The position numbers and the translations under genes were made by a program. This document shows positions 37,655 to 48,643 of a DNA stretch of 57,661 nucleotides, piece after piece. The number at the start of each line of letters is the position of its first letter. Positions within the stretch are counted from its first letter, which is position 1. This stretch comes from an uncultured bacterium (GTDB lineage: Bacteria; Zhuqueibacterota; QNDG01; DTFT01), in assembly GCA_963736115.1 (NCBI GenBank), contig CAVTNR010000013.1, forward strand, positions 1 to 57,661, written 5' to 3'. The notes beneath the pieces were generated by a model. The model was not told the origin of the DNA, ran no database searches, and saw only the letters and a program-made list of their open reading frames with translations.

Positions 37655-37802
37655 ACACGTCCGGCCGAACCGTCCGGTTCCGAGTACATCAGGTCCGGAA
37701 TGAAGAATTGACTTGCGGAACCGTCCGGATTCCGGCCCGGCTGAACCGCCTTTCATTCCTCCGAAATCCCGATCCTGCCTACAATTTATGACAGGAAAAT
37801 CC

Positions 37803-37831
37803 TTGACATTGACGGCCGGTTCGGATATCTT
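37803..37831 (+). promoter_or_regulatory. sigma70 promoter for the RND operon
   Basis: TTGACA-N17-TATCTT, 33 nt before ATG 37865. Confidence 0.6.
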
Positions 37832-37864
37832 TAACCACAACCAGTCTGCCTCCGGAAAGACCCC

Positions 37865-39338
37865 ATGAAAGCCAGCTTTGCCGCGATTCTCGCCCTGATT
37901 CCCCTGTTGTCCGGCTGCGGCCATCTGATCCCGCCTGCAGGCGGCGTTTCCGCTGTTTCCTCTTCTCATTCCGTCCCTTGGACGCCCCCCAAACCGGACC
38001 GGGCGGAACCCGGACTGATGACGCCTTTGCCGGTTCCGGATACGGTTCGCGTTCGCATGAACCGGCTCACGCTTGCGGATGCCGTGGATATCAGTCTCGC
38101 GAATGACCCGGATACGCGTGCCGCCTGGCTGACGGCCCGATCGGCCGCCGCGGCCTGGGCCGGAACGCTCGGTTCTCTCTGGCTGCCGGACCTCTCACTG
38201 AACGCGGCCGCGACCCGCTTGTGGTCTTTCCCGGACGGTTTCAACAGCCGGGAGGCAAGGGATTCTCTGACCGTTTACCGGGCTGAGGCCGGGCTCTCTT
38301 TCCTGCTCTTCGATTTCGGGGGACGTGCCTCTTTTACGGCCATGGCCCGGGAGGCCCTGCTGGCAGCGGACTGGACGCACAACCAGGCCATCCAGAATGC
38401 CGTTCTTGAAACCGAAACCGCGTTTTTCAACTACTGCGCGGCTCAATCCCTCCTGCAAGCCAACCGGACTTCCATGGCGGAAGCGGAGGAAAACCTCCGG
38501 GCGGCGGAGGAAAAGCACCGCGTGGGACTCGCCACGCTTGCGGACGTGCTTCAGGCTAGAACCGCCCATTCCGAAGTGCGGCTCGCGGTTCTGGCGGTGG
38601 AAGGCCAGGTCCGGATCACCCGGGGCGGCCTCGCGGATGCCATGGGATATCCGGCCCACGCGTTTCAGGACATCGGCGCAGTCGATCCGGGTCCGCCGAC
38701 TCCGGGCGCGGCGCAGACCGTGGACAGTCTGGTGAACCGGGCGCTTGCCGCAAGGCCGGACCTGCAGGCCGTCCGGGCCGCGGGCCGCGCCGCTTCAGCC
38801 GCGGCGGACGCAGCCCTGTCCCGCATGCTGCCGACCCTGTCGCTTTCAGGCACGGCCTCGCGCACCCGCATGGACGGGGTTCCGGGGCACATGGACGACG
38901 CGTCCGGCCGGCTGGTCCTGCAAATCCCCCCTGTTCGGCGGATTCTCCCGTCAGGCCGATTATACCGCGGCAAGAGCCTCGGCCGAGGCGGCCTCGGAAC
39001 GCACCCGTTCCGCGGAGCAGACCGTCATTCTGCAAGTGGTCGTGGCGCACAGCGACTGGCTCACGGCTGAGGGCCGTATTCAAGCCGCGGAAGACCTGGT
39101 CGCCGCAGCGGAGCAGTCCGAGGCCGTGGCGGCAGGCCGTTACAGGGAAGGCGCGGGGAGCATGCTCGATCTTCTCACGGCCCAGCGGGCCCTGGCTTCG
39201 GCGCGCGCTGAAAAGATCAATGCCCGCTTGGGCTGGTTCACCGCGCTGGCCCGGCTCAGCCATGCCGCCGGAACGCTTGAAAAAACCGGACGCATTTCCC
39301 ATGCACCCGAAGCTCCTCCACTTGAGGTGAAACCATGA
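37865..39338 (+). CDS. TolC-family outer membrane efflux lipoprotein with an apparent extra base in the C6 run at 38926-38931
   Basis: LLSGC lipobox; LTLADAV, LFDFGGR; removing one C gives LQIPLFGGF...RYREGAGSMLDLLTAQ. Confidence 0.88.
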
Positions 39339-40585
39339 TGGGTCCGAAGATGGCTGTTTCCCGCGCCGGTTTCGTTTTTTTCCGGCGGTCGTTCCGGCAC
39401 TACCGGACCGCCGTCCTGTGCGGCCTGTCCGTGTGCCTCATCTGCACCGCGGGATGCGGCGGAAAGAAAAGGCCGCCGAGGCAGGCCGTGCCCGTGAAAA
39501 CCGGGAAGGTTGCTGTTCAGCCGCGGCCGGTGTCGCTCTTTTCCGTGGGAACCGTGGAACCTGTTGAAACCGCGGCCGTACGGCCGCAGGTGGGAGGCGT
39601 GATCACGCATGTGGCCTTTTCCGAAGGCCAGGACGTGCGTCAGGGCCAGCTCCTGTTCCGGATCGACTCCCGGCCGTTCGAGGCCAGCCTGGCAGCGGCC
39701 CGCGCGCAGTTCAGCCGCGACAGCAGTCAGGCGGCCAACGCCGCCCTGCAGGCCGGCCGGTACGCAGATCTGGTTCAGAAGGATTATGTGACGGCCGAGC
39801 AGTACGATGCCATGCGGACGCAGGCGGAGATGCTCCGGTCCGTCGTCCGGCAGGACGAGGCCTCGATCGAGCAGGCGGAGCTGAATCTGGCGTATGCCTC
39901 GGTCCTGGCCCCGATTTCCGGACGGACAGGCGGCCTGCTTGTGAAAAAAGGAAACGTGGTGCGCGCCAATGACGCGGCGCTCGTGGTCATTCACCAGATG
40001 CGGCCCATACGCGTCCGGTTCGCGGTTCCCGAGAATCAGCTCGGCCGGATACGCCGGTACGCGGCGGCCGCGCCGCTTGAAGCGGCCGTGCGTCCGGAGC
40101 GCGGCGCGGCCGGCCCTGAGATCAAGGGCCGTCTGCTCTTCATGGACAACGAAGTGGACGCGGGAACCGGCACGGTCACGCTGAAGGCTGAATTTGCGAA
40201 CACGGACATGGCCCTGTGGCCCGGCCAGTTCGTGGACGTCGCACTGGTACTGACGGTTGAGCGGAACGCCCTGACCGTGCCGGACGCGGCCGTGGTCACG
40301 GGACAGGAGGGGACGTTCGTGTACGTCGTGACGCCTGAGGGCAAGGCGGAAAAGCGGACCGTCCGGGTCGACCGCATCGATGGCGATACGGCGGTGATCA
40401 CGGAGGGCCTGAAGGACGGGGAAACCGTGGTGACGGACGGCCAGATGCGTCTGGTGCCCGGCGCCGCGGTGGAAGCGCTTCCGGATGCGCCGTCCGGCCC
40501 AGGGCCCGCGCCGTCCGACGGAAAAATACCGCTCTCCGGGGAAAAACGTCCCGGCCCGGCCGCACGGGAGAAATCCGGCCGATGA
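39335..40585 (+). CDS. RND efflux periplasmic adaptor (MdtA-like)
   Basis: VRPQVGG, GQLLFRID, APISGRTG, DNEVDAGTGTV, LWPGQFV. Confidence 0.93.
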   Translation: MMGPKMAVSRAGFVFFRRSFRHYRTAVLCGLSVCLICTAGCGGKKRPPRQAVPVKTGKVAVQPRPVSLFSVGTVEPVETAAVRPQVGGVITHVAFSEGQDVRQGQLLFRIDSRPFEASLAAARAQFSRDSSQAANAALQAGRYADLVQKDYVTAEQYDAMRTQAEMLRSVVRQDEASIEQAELNLAYASVLAPISGRTGGLLVKKGNVVRANDAALVVIHQMRPIRVRFAVPENQLGRIRRYAAAAPLEAAVRPERGAAGPEIKGRLLFMDNEVDAGTGTVTLKAEFANTDMALWPGQFVDVALVLTVERNALTVPDAAVVTGQEGTFVYVVTPEGKAEKRTVRVDRIDGDTAVITEGLKDGETVVTDGQMRLVPGAAVEALPDAPSGPGPAPSDGKIPLSGEKRPGPAAREKSGR

Positions 40586-43500
40586 ACATATTCATCCGGA
40601 GGCCGGTCATGACGACCCTGGTCATGGCCGCCGTCATCATCGCCGGGATTCTCGGCTACCGGCAGCTACCCGTGAGCGACCTGCCCACCGTCGATTTTCC
40701 CACGATTTCCGTGTCCGCCAGCCTGCCCGGCGCCAGCCCGGAGACCATGGCCGCGGCAGTGGCCACGCCGCTCGAGAAGCAGTTCACCACGATCGCCGGC
40801 ATCGACAACATGACCAGCACGAGCAGCCTGGGCTCGACGAACATCACCATCCAGTTCAGCCTGGATCGGGACATCGACGCGGCGGCCCAGGACGTGCAGG
40901 CCGCCATTGCCGCGGTTTCGCGACAGCTTCCCCGCGACATGCCCACGCCGCCCTCGTACCGGAAAGTGAACCCGGCCGACCAGCCCATCCTTTTCATCGC
41001 GCTCCGCTCGTCGACGTTGCCGTTGTACACGCTGAACGAGTACGCCGAAACCCAGACCGCCCAGCGGATTTCCATGGTCAGCGGCGTGGCGCAGGTGATG
41101 ATTTACGGCGCCCAGCGCTACGCGGTCCGCATTCAGGTCGATCCCCAGCGCTCTGGCCAGCCGCGGAATCGGGATCGACCAGATCACCTCGGCGGTGTCC
41201 GCCAACAACGTCAATTTGCCGACCGGCATCCTGTGGGGGCCGGAAAAAACCTACACGGTCAAGGCTGACGGCCAGCTCAACACCGCGGACCGGTACCGTC
41301 CCATTGTCGTGGCCTACAAAAACGGCGCGCCGGTGCGGCTCGGGGATCTGGGCCGTGTTTTCGACAGCGTGCAGAACAACAAGGTCGCCGCCTGGTTCGA
41401 CGACGAGCGGTGCATTCTCCTCGCGGTCCAGCGCCAGCCGGGCACGAACACGGTCGCGGTCTCGAAGGCCGTGCAGGCTCTCCTGCCCGGCATCCGCGAG
41501 AAAATGCCGGCCTCCGCGGACCTGTCCATCCACTTCGACAAGGCCGTACCCATACAGGAATCGGTCGATGACGTGAAGTTCACGCTCCTGCTCACGCTGT
41601 TTCTCGTGGTCGCGGTGATTTTTTTCTTTCTCCGGAACGCGTCGGCCACGCTGATTCCGAGCCTGGCCCTGCCGCTGTCCGTGGTCGGCACGTTCGCGGC
41701 CATGGCCCTGTTCCATTTCAACCTCGACAACCTGTCACTGATGGCCCTCACGCTCGCGGTCGGGTTCGTGGTGGACGACGCCGTGGTCATGCTCGAGAAT
41801 ATTTTCCGTCACCTGGAGCAGGGGAAAGCGCCCCTGCAGGCGGCCGTGGACGGATCGCGCGAAGTGGGATTCACCATCGTGTCCATGACGCTTTCCCTGG
41901 TCGCGGTTTTCATCCCGATCCTCTTTCTCGGCGGCATCATGGGCCGGCTGTTCCGCGAATTCGCGGTCACCATCATGGTCGCCATCCTGATATCCGGATT
42001 CGTCTCACTGTCTCTGACGCCCATGATGTGCAGCCGGTTTCTCAAGCACCAGGCGGAATCAAGGCACGGCCGCTTTTTCAACGCAATCGAGACGTTCTGG
42101 AACCGCACGCTGGCCGCGTACGAGAAGAGCCTCGCATGGGTGGTGCCGCCGCAGGCGTCTGACCCTGGTTTTCTCGGCCGTCATCCTGGTCGCCACGATT
42201 CTGCTGTTCGCCGTCATGCCCAAGGGTTTCATTCCCAGCGAGGACACGGGATTCATCAATGCCTCCACGGAGGGCGCCGAGGGCACCTCGTTCGACGCCA
42301 TGGTCCGCCGGCAGAAAGCCGCGGCGGCCGTCGTCGCGGCCGATCCGAACGTACAGGGTCTCACGTCGAACGTGGGCGGCATGGGCGGGGGCAGCAGCAA
42401 TTCCGGCCGAATGTTCATCCGCCTGAAACCGCGTCATGAACGTCAAATGAGCGCCGACGAGGTCGTGGCCTCGCTCCGCGCCAGGCTGTCCGGTATCCCC
42501 GGCATACGCGTCTTTGTCTCGAATCCGCCCGCCATCAATGTCGGGGGACGGTTTTCCTCGGGTCTCTACCAGTTCACCCTGCAGGCGACGGACCTCCAGG
42601 CTCTGTATGCGGCGGCGCCCGTCCTCGAGGCTCGGCTCCGGAGCGACCCCCTGCTCCAGGACGTGAACAGCGACCTACGAATCAGCAATCCCGAGCTGAG
42701 GCTGACCATTGACCGCGATCGGGCGGCGTCGCTCGGCGTCACGCCTGAAGCCGTCGAAAGCGCGCTCTTTTCGGCTTTCGGCACGCGGCAGATTTCCACC
42801 ATTCTCGCGCCGAACAACCAGTACTACGTGATGCTGGAACTGCTCCCCGAATACCAGCGGGACCCCACGGCCCTCGAGTTCCTCTACGTCCGGTCGGGTT
42901 CGGGCGCGCTGGTTCCAATCACGGCCCTGACCACGGCCACAACCGGAGCGGGACCGCTCACCGTCAACCATTCGGGTCAGCTTCCCTCGGTGACGATCTC
43001 GTTCAACCTCAGCGAGGGTGTCTCCCTGAGCCAGGCCGTCACGGCCGTGAACCGGGCGGCCGCCGAAACCCTGCCGTCATCCATTGTCACGAGCTTCTCC
43101 GGAACGGCGCAGGCTTTCCAATCCTCTCAGTCCAGCCTGGTCGGGCTCCTGCTCCTGTCCATTCTGGTCATCTACATGATTCTGGGCATCCTCTATGAGA
43201 GCTTCATCCACCCGATCACCATTCTGTCCGGCATTCCCTTCGCCGGGTTCGGGGGCCTGCTGACGCTGATGCTGTTCAAAACGGACCTGAATATTTACAG
43301 CTTCGTGGGCCTGATCATGCTCATCGGCGTGGTCAAGAAGAACGCAATCATGATGATCGATTTCGCGATCGACGGCCGGAAACGGGGGCTCGACTCCCGT
43401 ACGGCCATTCTCCAGGCCAGTTCCGTCCGGTTCCGGCCCATCATGATGACCACGGTCGCGGCCCTCATGGCCACTCTGCCCATCGCCCTGGGCATGGGCG

Positions 43501-43706
43501 CGGGCGCCGAGGCCCGGCGGCCGCTGGGCCTGTGCGTGGTGGGCGGACTCCTGTTCTCGCAGATCGTGACGCTGTATGTCACGCCGGTTTTCTACATCTA
43601 CCTTGACCGCCTGCAGGAGAAGCTGGCTGGATTCTTCGGGGCGCGGCGGAATAACGGCCACACGCTGAAATCCGTGAAAGCCGGACGCCGCGGGGCGGGG
43701 ACCTGA
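40582..43706 (+). CDS. RND efflux permease (MdtB/MdtC-like) split by two apparent 1-nt insertions (~41143-41146 and ~42146)
   Basis: FIRRPVMTTL, PVSDLPTVDFPTI, GFVVDDAVV, GVVKKNAIMMIDFA and RFRPIMMTT lie across three ORFs that join on removing one C at each site. Confidence 0.92.
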
Positions 43707-43856
43707 GCGCGCCGGGGCCGCCCGCCTTTCATGCCGGCGCGGCCCCGATCAGGCACACTCCGGGGACTGCAGATTAAACGAAGAACATCCGGCCGCTCTC
43801 AAGCGGCTGCCCGTCCAGCCTGTTTATCTCCGGATCTTAATAGGATGAGGTACCCA

Positions 43857-46130
43857 ATGAAAAAGTCCGCATGGATTCTCCTGGGATTGCTGACCGCCCC
43901 GGCCGTCTTCTCACAGTCCATTATCGCGGATCACACCTGCATCGACATTTTTCAAATTCCGGTCACGGCAATACAGGCGGCCAAAGAGCAGCTCCACATC
44001 GGCTACGGCCATACGTCGCACGGCAGTCAAATCATAGGCGGCATGGCCGGGCTGGTGGATTTCATGAACGCCAAGGGGGTCGAACACGATCTGTACGACT
44101 TCAACGGTGACGGCTCCGGCGGCGCACTGCATCTCACCTCCGGGGACGGGGCCGACCAACTCGAGAACGACGCCGGGTATTATCCCGCCTGGGTGAATGA
44201 AACGCGCGCTTTCCTCGGCGCTCCGGACGCCGAGGGCCGGGGCTCCTCCCGCCCGCAGTTCAATGTCATCATGTGGGCGTGGTGCGGCCAGCTGTCCGGT
44301 TACTCTACTTCGGATGTGTACAACCAGTATCTGAACGACATGAACCAGCTGGAGCAGGACTACCCGGCTGTGACTTTCGTCTACATGACCGGACACGCGG
44401 ACGGGTCCGGACTCGAGGGCGATCTGCACCGGAACAACCAGACCATCCGGAATTACTGCATCGGGAACGGCAAGGTACTGTTTGATTTCTACGACATCGA
44501 GTGTTATAACCCGGACGGGAATTATTTTGGAGACCGGCATGTCGACGACGCCTGCAGTTACGACGGCGGCAACTGGGCGCAGGCGTGGCAGAACGCGCAC
44601 ACCGAGGGCGTCGACTGGTATTATTGCGACGCGGCGCACACGGAACCCGTGAACGGGAACATGAAGGCCTATGCGGTCTGGTGGCTGTGGGCGCGCCTGG
44701 CCGGTTGGGCCGGATCCGAGCCGGATCCGAGCCCGCCTTCGATTCCGGCCGGGCTCAGGGCCGAATCGGTCAGCGAAACGAGAGTCGACTTGTCCTGGAA
44801 TCCCTCCGTGGATCCCGAATCAGGCGTAGGCCGCTACCGTGTATTCAGGAATGACGTTTTTATCGCGTCGACCTCGTCCACATCCCATTCCGACGTGACG
44901 TGCGTTCCGGGTGAGACCTACCTCTACCGGGTGAGCGCGGTCAATGGCGCGGGCACGGAATCGGAGCGCAGCAGCCCGGCGTCCGTGACCCTGCCTTCGG
45001 ACGATCAGCCGCCCTCGATCCCGGAAGGGCTTTCCGCGGATCCCGTGTCGTCGACGCAGATCGACCTGTCCTGGGATCCGTCTTCGGACAATTCAACCGT
45101 CAGCGGGTACCGTGTGTACCGCAACGGCGAATTCACGGCCGAGACGCCCGAAACCGGATTCTCGGACACGGGCCTGACTCCTTTGACCTCCTATCAATAC
45201 CGGGTCTCGGCTCTGGACGCGGCCGGTAACGAGTCCGGGCTTTCAGATCCCGCAACCGCGACGACTTTGGATCCGAATCTGACGCCCGAAACGGTCCGGC
45301 TGGAAAACACGGATGAGGTGGATGACACGTTCATCTTCGCGGATGATCCGTCCTCCAATTTCGGCGGGGAGCAGTACTTCAGCGACATCGACCGGTTCCT
45401 GGTCCGGTTCAGCCTGCCTGCCGGATTGAACGGCAAGCGCATCCTGTCCGCGGACCTGGGTTTCTATGTCTGGAACCAGTCGGATTACCATTCGGACGAA
45501 TTTCTGGACGTTTTCGCGCTCACGCGGTCCTGGTCGGAATACGGGGCCACCTGGCTCAACGCCTCGGACGGAGTCACATGGCTGACCCCGGGCGGAGACG
45601 CGGACCTTTACGCGCCGGTCGCCCGCATCCCGCATCTGCCCGATGCCTCGGACTGGGACCATACCTTTTATCCGGCCGCGGACATCACGAGCCTGGTCCA
45701 GGGATGGGTGGACGGTCTCACGCCCAATCACGGCCTGCTGGTGATGAACAGCGGCCAAACCGGAATCGGACTCAAGGCCAGCGAGTACGGAGAAGGAAGC
45801 CGGCCCTTTCTGGAAATCGTCTATGCGGACAAGACCACACCGGGAGCGGTTGAATCCCGTGCTGCGGACGGCTTCCGGCTGATCGGCAACTGGCCCAATC
45901 CCTTTAATCCGGGAACGGTCATCCGGTTCGGTCTGGATGAGGCCGCGGACGTGGAAATCCGGGTGTTCGACATGCAGGGCCGTGAGGTGAGGGCCCTGCG
46001 GCCCGGCCGCCTCGGCAGGGGCGAACACCGCGTGCATTTTTCCGCGGATGGCCTGGCCTCAGGCGTGTATCTCTATTCGGTTCAGACCGGCGGACAGAAG
46101 CGGTTGGGGAAAATGCTGCTGGCGCGTTGA
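43857..46130 (+). CDS. Secreted multidomain protein: SGNH-like N-domain, 2x FN3, DNRLRE (CBM96-like) and T9SS/FlgD-type CTD
   Basis: Signal peptide; GHTSHG...DAAH; FN3 repeats (LSWNPS...YRVSAV); DDTFI...TRSWSE..ATW...DITSLVQGW; NWPNPFNP...LASGVYLY. Confidence 0.85.
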   Translation: MKKSAWILLGLLTAPAVFSQSIIADHTCIDIFQIPVTAIQAAKEQLHIGYGHTSHGSQIIGGMAGLVDFMNAKGVEHDLYDFNGDGSGGALHLTSGDGADQLENDAGYYPAWVNETRAFLGAPDAEGRGSSRPQFNVIMWAWCGQLSGYSTSDVYNQYLNDMNQLEQDYPAVTFVYMTGHADGSGLEGDLHRNNQTIRNYCIGNGKVLFDFYDIECYNPDGNYFGDRHVDDACSYDGGNWAQAWQNAHTEGVDWYYCDAAHTEPVNGNMKAYAVWWLWARLAGWAGSEPDPSPPSIPAGLRAESVSETRVDLSWNPSVDPESGVGRYRVFRNDVFIASTSSTSHSDVTCVPGETYLYRVSAVNGAGTESERSSPASVTLPSDDQPPSIPEGLSADPVSSTQIDLSWDPSSDNSTVSGYRVYRNGEFTAETPETGFSDTGLTPLTSYQYRVSALDAAGNESGLSDPATATTLDPNLTPETVRLENTDEVDDTFIFADDPSSNFGGEQYFSDIDRFLVRFSLPAGLNGKRILSADLGFYVWNQSDYHSDEFLDVFALTRSWSEYGATWLNASDGVTWLTPGGDADLYAPVARIPHLPDASDWDHTFYPAADITSLVQGWVDGLTPNHGLLVMNSGQTGIGLKASEYGEGSRPFLEIVYADKTTPGAVESRAADGFRLIGNWPNPFNPGTVIRFGLDEAADVEIRVFDMQGREVRALRPGRLGRGEHRVHFSADGLASGVYLYSVQTGGQKRLGKMLLAR

Positions 46131-46239
46131 GCCAGGCCGGCCGAATCGCATCCGTCGGGCGCGTCCGGTTTTTACCAGCGGACTGATGCGGCTCTACGAC
46201 GGGTCCGGATCATCAGAAAATCAATGAAGGAAGTGTCTC

Positions 46240-47787
46240 ATGAACCCTTTCCTGAATTATGGCCGCCTCACGGCCCGCAGCTGCGCCGCTGTTGCCGTGA
46301 CGGTTCTCTGCCTGCTCCCCGGTTTCCGCGGGCTCATGGCCCAGGCGGACAACGAAACGATCGTGTACACGGACAGCCTCCGGCAGGTGATACGCGGATT
46401 TGGAGCGGCGAACATAGTGGGCTGGCGGCCCGACATGACAGCGGATCAGGCGGAAAAAGCCTTTGGAACGGAGGATGGACAGATCGGATTCTCCATTCTG
46501 CGGCTCAAGGTCCCCAGCGTTTCCACCCGGCAGGAATTCAGCGCCCAGGTTGCGACCGCGAAGCGCGCTCAGTCGTACGGCGCCATTGTCATCGCGTCGC
46601 CCTGGTCGCCCCCGGCCGGGATGAAAACCAACAGCAACATCGTGGGCGGTTCGCTCGAGGAAAGCGCGTACCCGGACTTCGCGGATCACCTGAACGCCTT
46701 CGCCGATTACATGGCCGACAATGACGCGCCGTTGTACGCGATTTCCGTTCAGAACGAGCCGGACATCACGGTCAATTACGAATCCTGCGACTGGAACGCC
46801 TCCCAGATGCTGAAGTTCGTGAAAGAGCAGGGCGCTTCCATCGGTACGCGTCTCATCGTTCCGGAATCCTTCAATTTCAACAAGACCATTTCGAACGCCA
46901 TCCTGAACGATCCGGACGCCGCGGCCCACGTGGACATCATCGGCGGCCATTTGTACGGCGGCGGGCTCGAGGCGTATCCCCTGGCGGAGCGCATGGGCAA
47001 GGAATTGTGGATGACGGAGTATCTCAATACCGATACGACCTGGAACGCGGTTCTGTCCACGGGCCGGCAGATGCACGACTGCATGAATGCCGGCATGAAC
47101 GCCTATATCTGGTGGTACATCGTCCGGTACTACGGTCCCATACACGAAAGCGGAAATGTGACGAAACGCGGGTATGTCATGTCCCAGTACGCCCGGTTCA
47201 TCCGCCCCGGATTCTTCAGGGTGCGCACGGCCTCGGGACGGGGTCCGGCCCTGTCGATCACCGCCTACAAGGGCGGATCCAGGCTGGTCCTTGTGGTGGT
47301 CAATACGCGCACCACTGAAACCACCCGGACGTTCAGGATCGAAGGCGCCCCGGCCGGAACCTCGGTTTTCACTCCGTATGTCACATCCGAAACCAGGAAT
47401 TGCGTGCAGGAGAGCGGCCTGACCGTCGTGGACGGGGTTTTCACCGCGACGCTCGCGCCGTCGAGTGTCACCACGTTCCATGCGGACATCCTTTCCGGCC
47501 TGGACGGATCCTCCGTTCTTCCCGGAGAACTGCGGCTCAATCCGAATTTTCCGAATCCCTTCAATCCGCGGACGGCCGTCACCGTTGAACTCCCCCGCGC
47601 CTGCGCCGCCTCATTGAAAGTCTACAACCTGCTCGGCGTCGAGATCGCGACCCTGCTGGACGGTAGACACAGCGCGGGCCGGTACGATCTGGACTTCGAC
47701 GCGTCCGGCCTGGCGAGCGGCACCTACGTGCTCCGGCTTGAAGCGGACGGCGCGGTCCAGACGCGGAAAATGACCCTGCTGCGTTGA
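46240..47787 (+). CDS. GH30_8-like glucuronoxylanase with T9SS/FlgD-type CTD
   Basis: QVIRGFG, ASPWSPP, QNEPD (acid/base), WMTEY (nucleophile), WWYIVRYYG; NFPNPFNP tail. Confidence 0.9.
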   Translation: MNPFLNYGRLTARSCAAVAVTVLCLLPGFRGLMAQADNETIVYTDSLRQVIRGFGAANIVGWRPDMTADQAEKAFGTEDGQIGFSILRLKVPSVSTRQEFSAQVATAKRAQSYGAIVIASPWSPPAGMKTNSNIVGGSLEESAYPDFADHLNAFADYMADNDAPLYAISVQNEPDITVNYESCDWNASQMLKFVKEQGASIGTRLIVPESFNFNKTISNAILNDPDAAAHVDIIGGHLYGGGLEAYPLAERMGKELWMTEYLNTDTTWNAVLSTGRQMHDCMNAGMNAYIWWYIVRYYGPIHESGNVTKRGYVMSQYARFIRPGFFRVRTASGRGPALSITAYKGGSRLVLVVVNTRTTETTRTFRIEGAPAGTSVFTPYVTSETRNCVQESGLTVVDGVFTATLAPSSVTTFHADILSGLDGSSVLPGELRLNPNFPNPFNPRTAVTVELPRACAASLKVYNLLGVEIATLLDGRHSAGRYDLDFDASGLASGTYVLRLEADGAVQTRKMTLLR

Positions 47788-47872
47788 AAGGCATCGCGTC
47801 CGTTCTCGAGAGCCGAATGCGGGTTCCAGTCCAGAGCGTTTTGTTCCGTCCCACTCATCCAGGAGGAAAGAA

Positions 47873-48574
47873 ATGAAACACCCGACTGTCCGGATGTTCC
47901 GGATCCTGAGCGGATCCACGCTGGCGTTGTTCATCGCCGGCTGCTGCTCCATGAACCAGCTCCAGGGGCAGAAATTCGACGAGCGGACCGCGTCGTCGCA
48001 TCTCCAGCCGCCGCCGCCGGCCCAGGTTTTCTCGAACGGATGGACGGACACGGGTTCCGGCAATCCCATCGAAGCGGTGCTTCGCATCGGAACCGGCATC
48101 GCCCGTGAGATCGAAATGGGCAAGACGCGCGACAAGATGGACAGCGCCATGGGCATGGTGGACATTCCGGCCATTCTGGAGGAGGAGACGCTCGAACGGG
48201 GTGCGAAAACATTTGGTTTCCGGACCGTCGGGGAGACCCGCGACGCGGATTTCACGTTCGACATCGAAATCGAGAAATACGGCATTGAGGCAAAGACCTG
48301 GACATCGGGCGTGGATTTCAAGATGGAAGTCAAAATCGCCCTGATCGAGAACGCGAAAAACCGTCAGGTGTGGCGGCGCTGTTTCGATGAGGAAATCGCG
48401 GTTTCCAGCGACCTGTTCGGTCTTCCCGGAGCCGCGAACAACGTCTTCACCATGGTCTCACTCTCGCGCCTCACGGCTGACGAGATCGCGGACGGCCTGG
48501 AAAAACTGGCTGTCCGCACCTCTGACCGCATTGTCCGAGGGCTGCAGGAAGATTTTTCGAATAAAAACCGGTAA
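47873..48574 (+). CDS. Hypothetical lipoprotein
   Basis: AGGAGG RBS; FIAGC lipobox; 233 aa. Confidence 0.8.
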   Translation: MKHPTVRMFRILSGSTLALFIAGCCSMNQLQGQKFDERTASSHLQPPPPAQVFSNGWTDTGSGNPIEAVLRIGTGIAREIEMGKTRDKMDSAMGMVDIPAILEEETLERGAKTFGFRTVGETRDADFTFDIEIEKYGIEAKTWTSGVDFKMEVKIALIENAKNRQVWRRCFDEEIAVSSDLFGLPGAANNVFTMVSLSRLTADEIADGLEKLAVRTSDRIVRGLQEDFSNKNR

Positions 48575-48643
48575 CCGGGACCGGACCGCCCGGAGAACGC
48601 CCGGGCGCGATCCGCGGACGGGAAACAACGGATAGAGCCGGAA

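Noticed and set aside
37655-37800. Repeated GAACCGTCCGG(A)TTCC hairpins upstream of the RND promoter
   Set aside because: Only two short degenerate copies and no regulator nearby; insufficient support for an operator or RNA.
38926-38931. Programmed frameshifting or phase variation at the indel sites
   Set aside because: Runs are only 2-6 nt, lack slippery-heptamer context, and occur in unrelated genes; sequencing error is more parsimonious.
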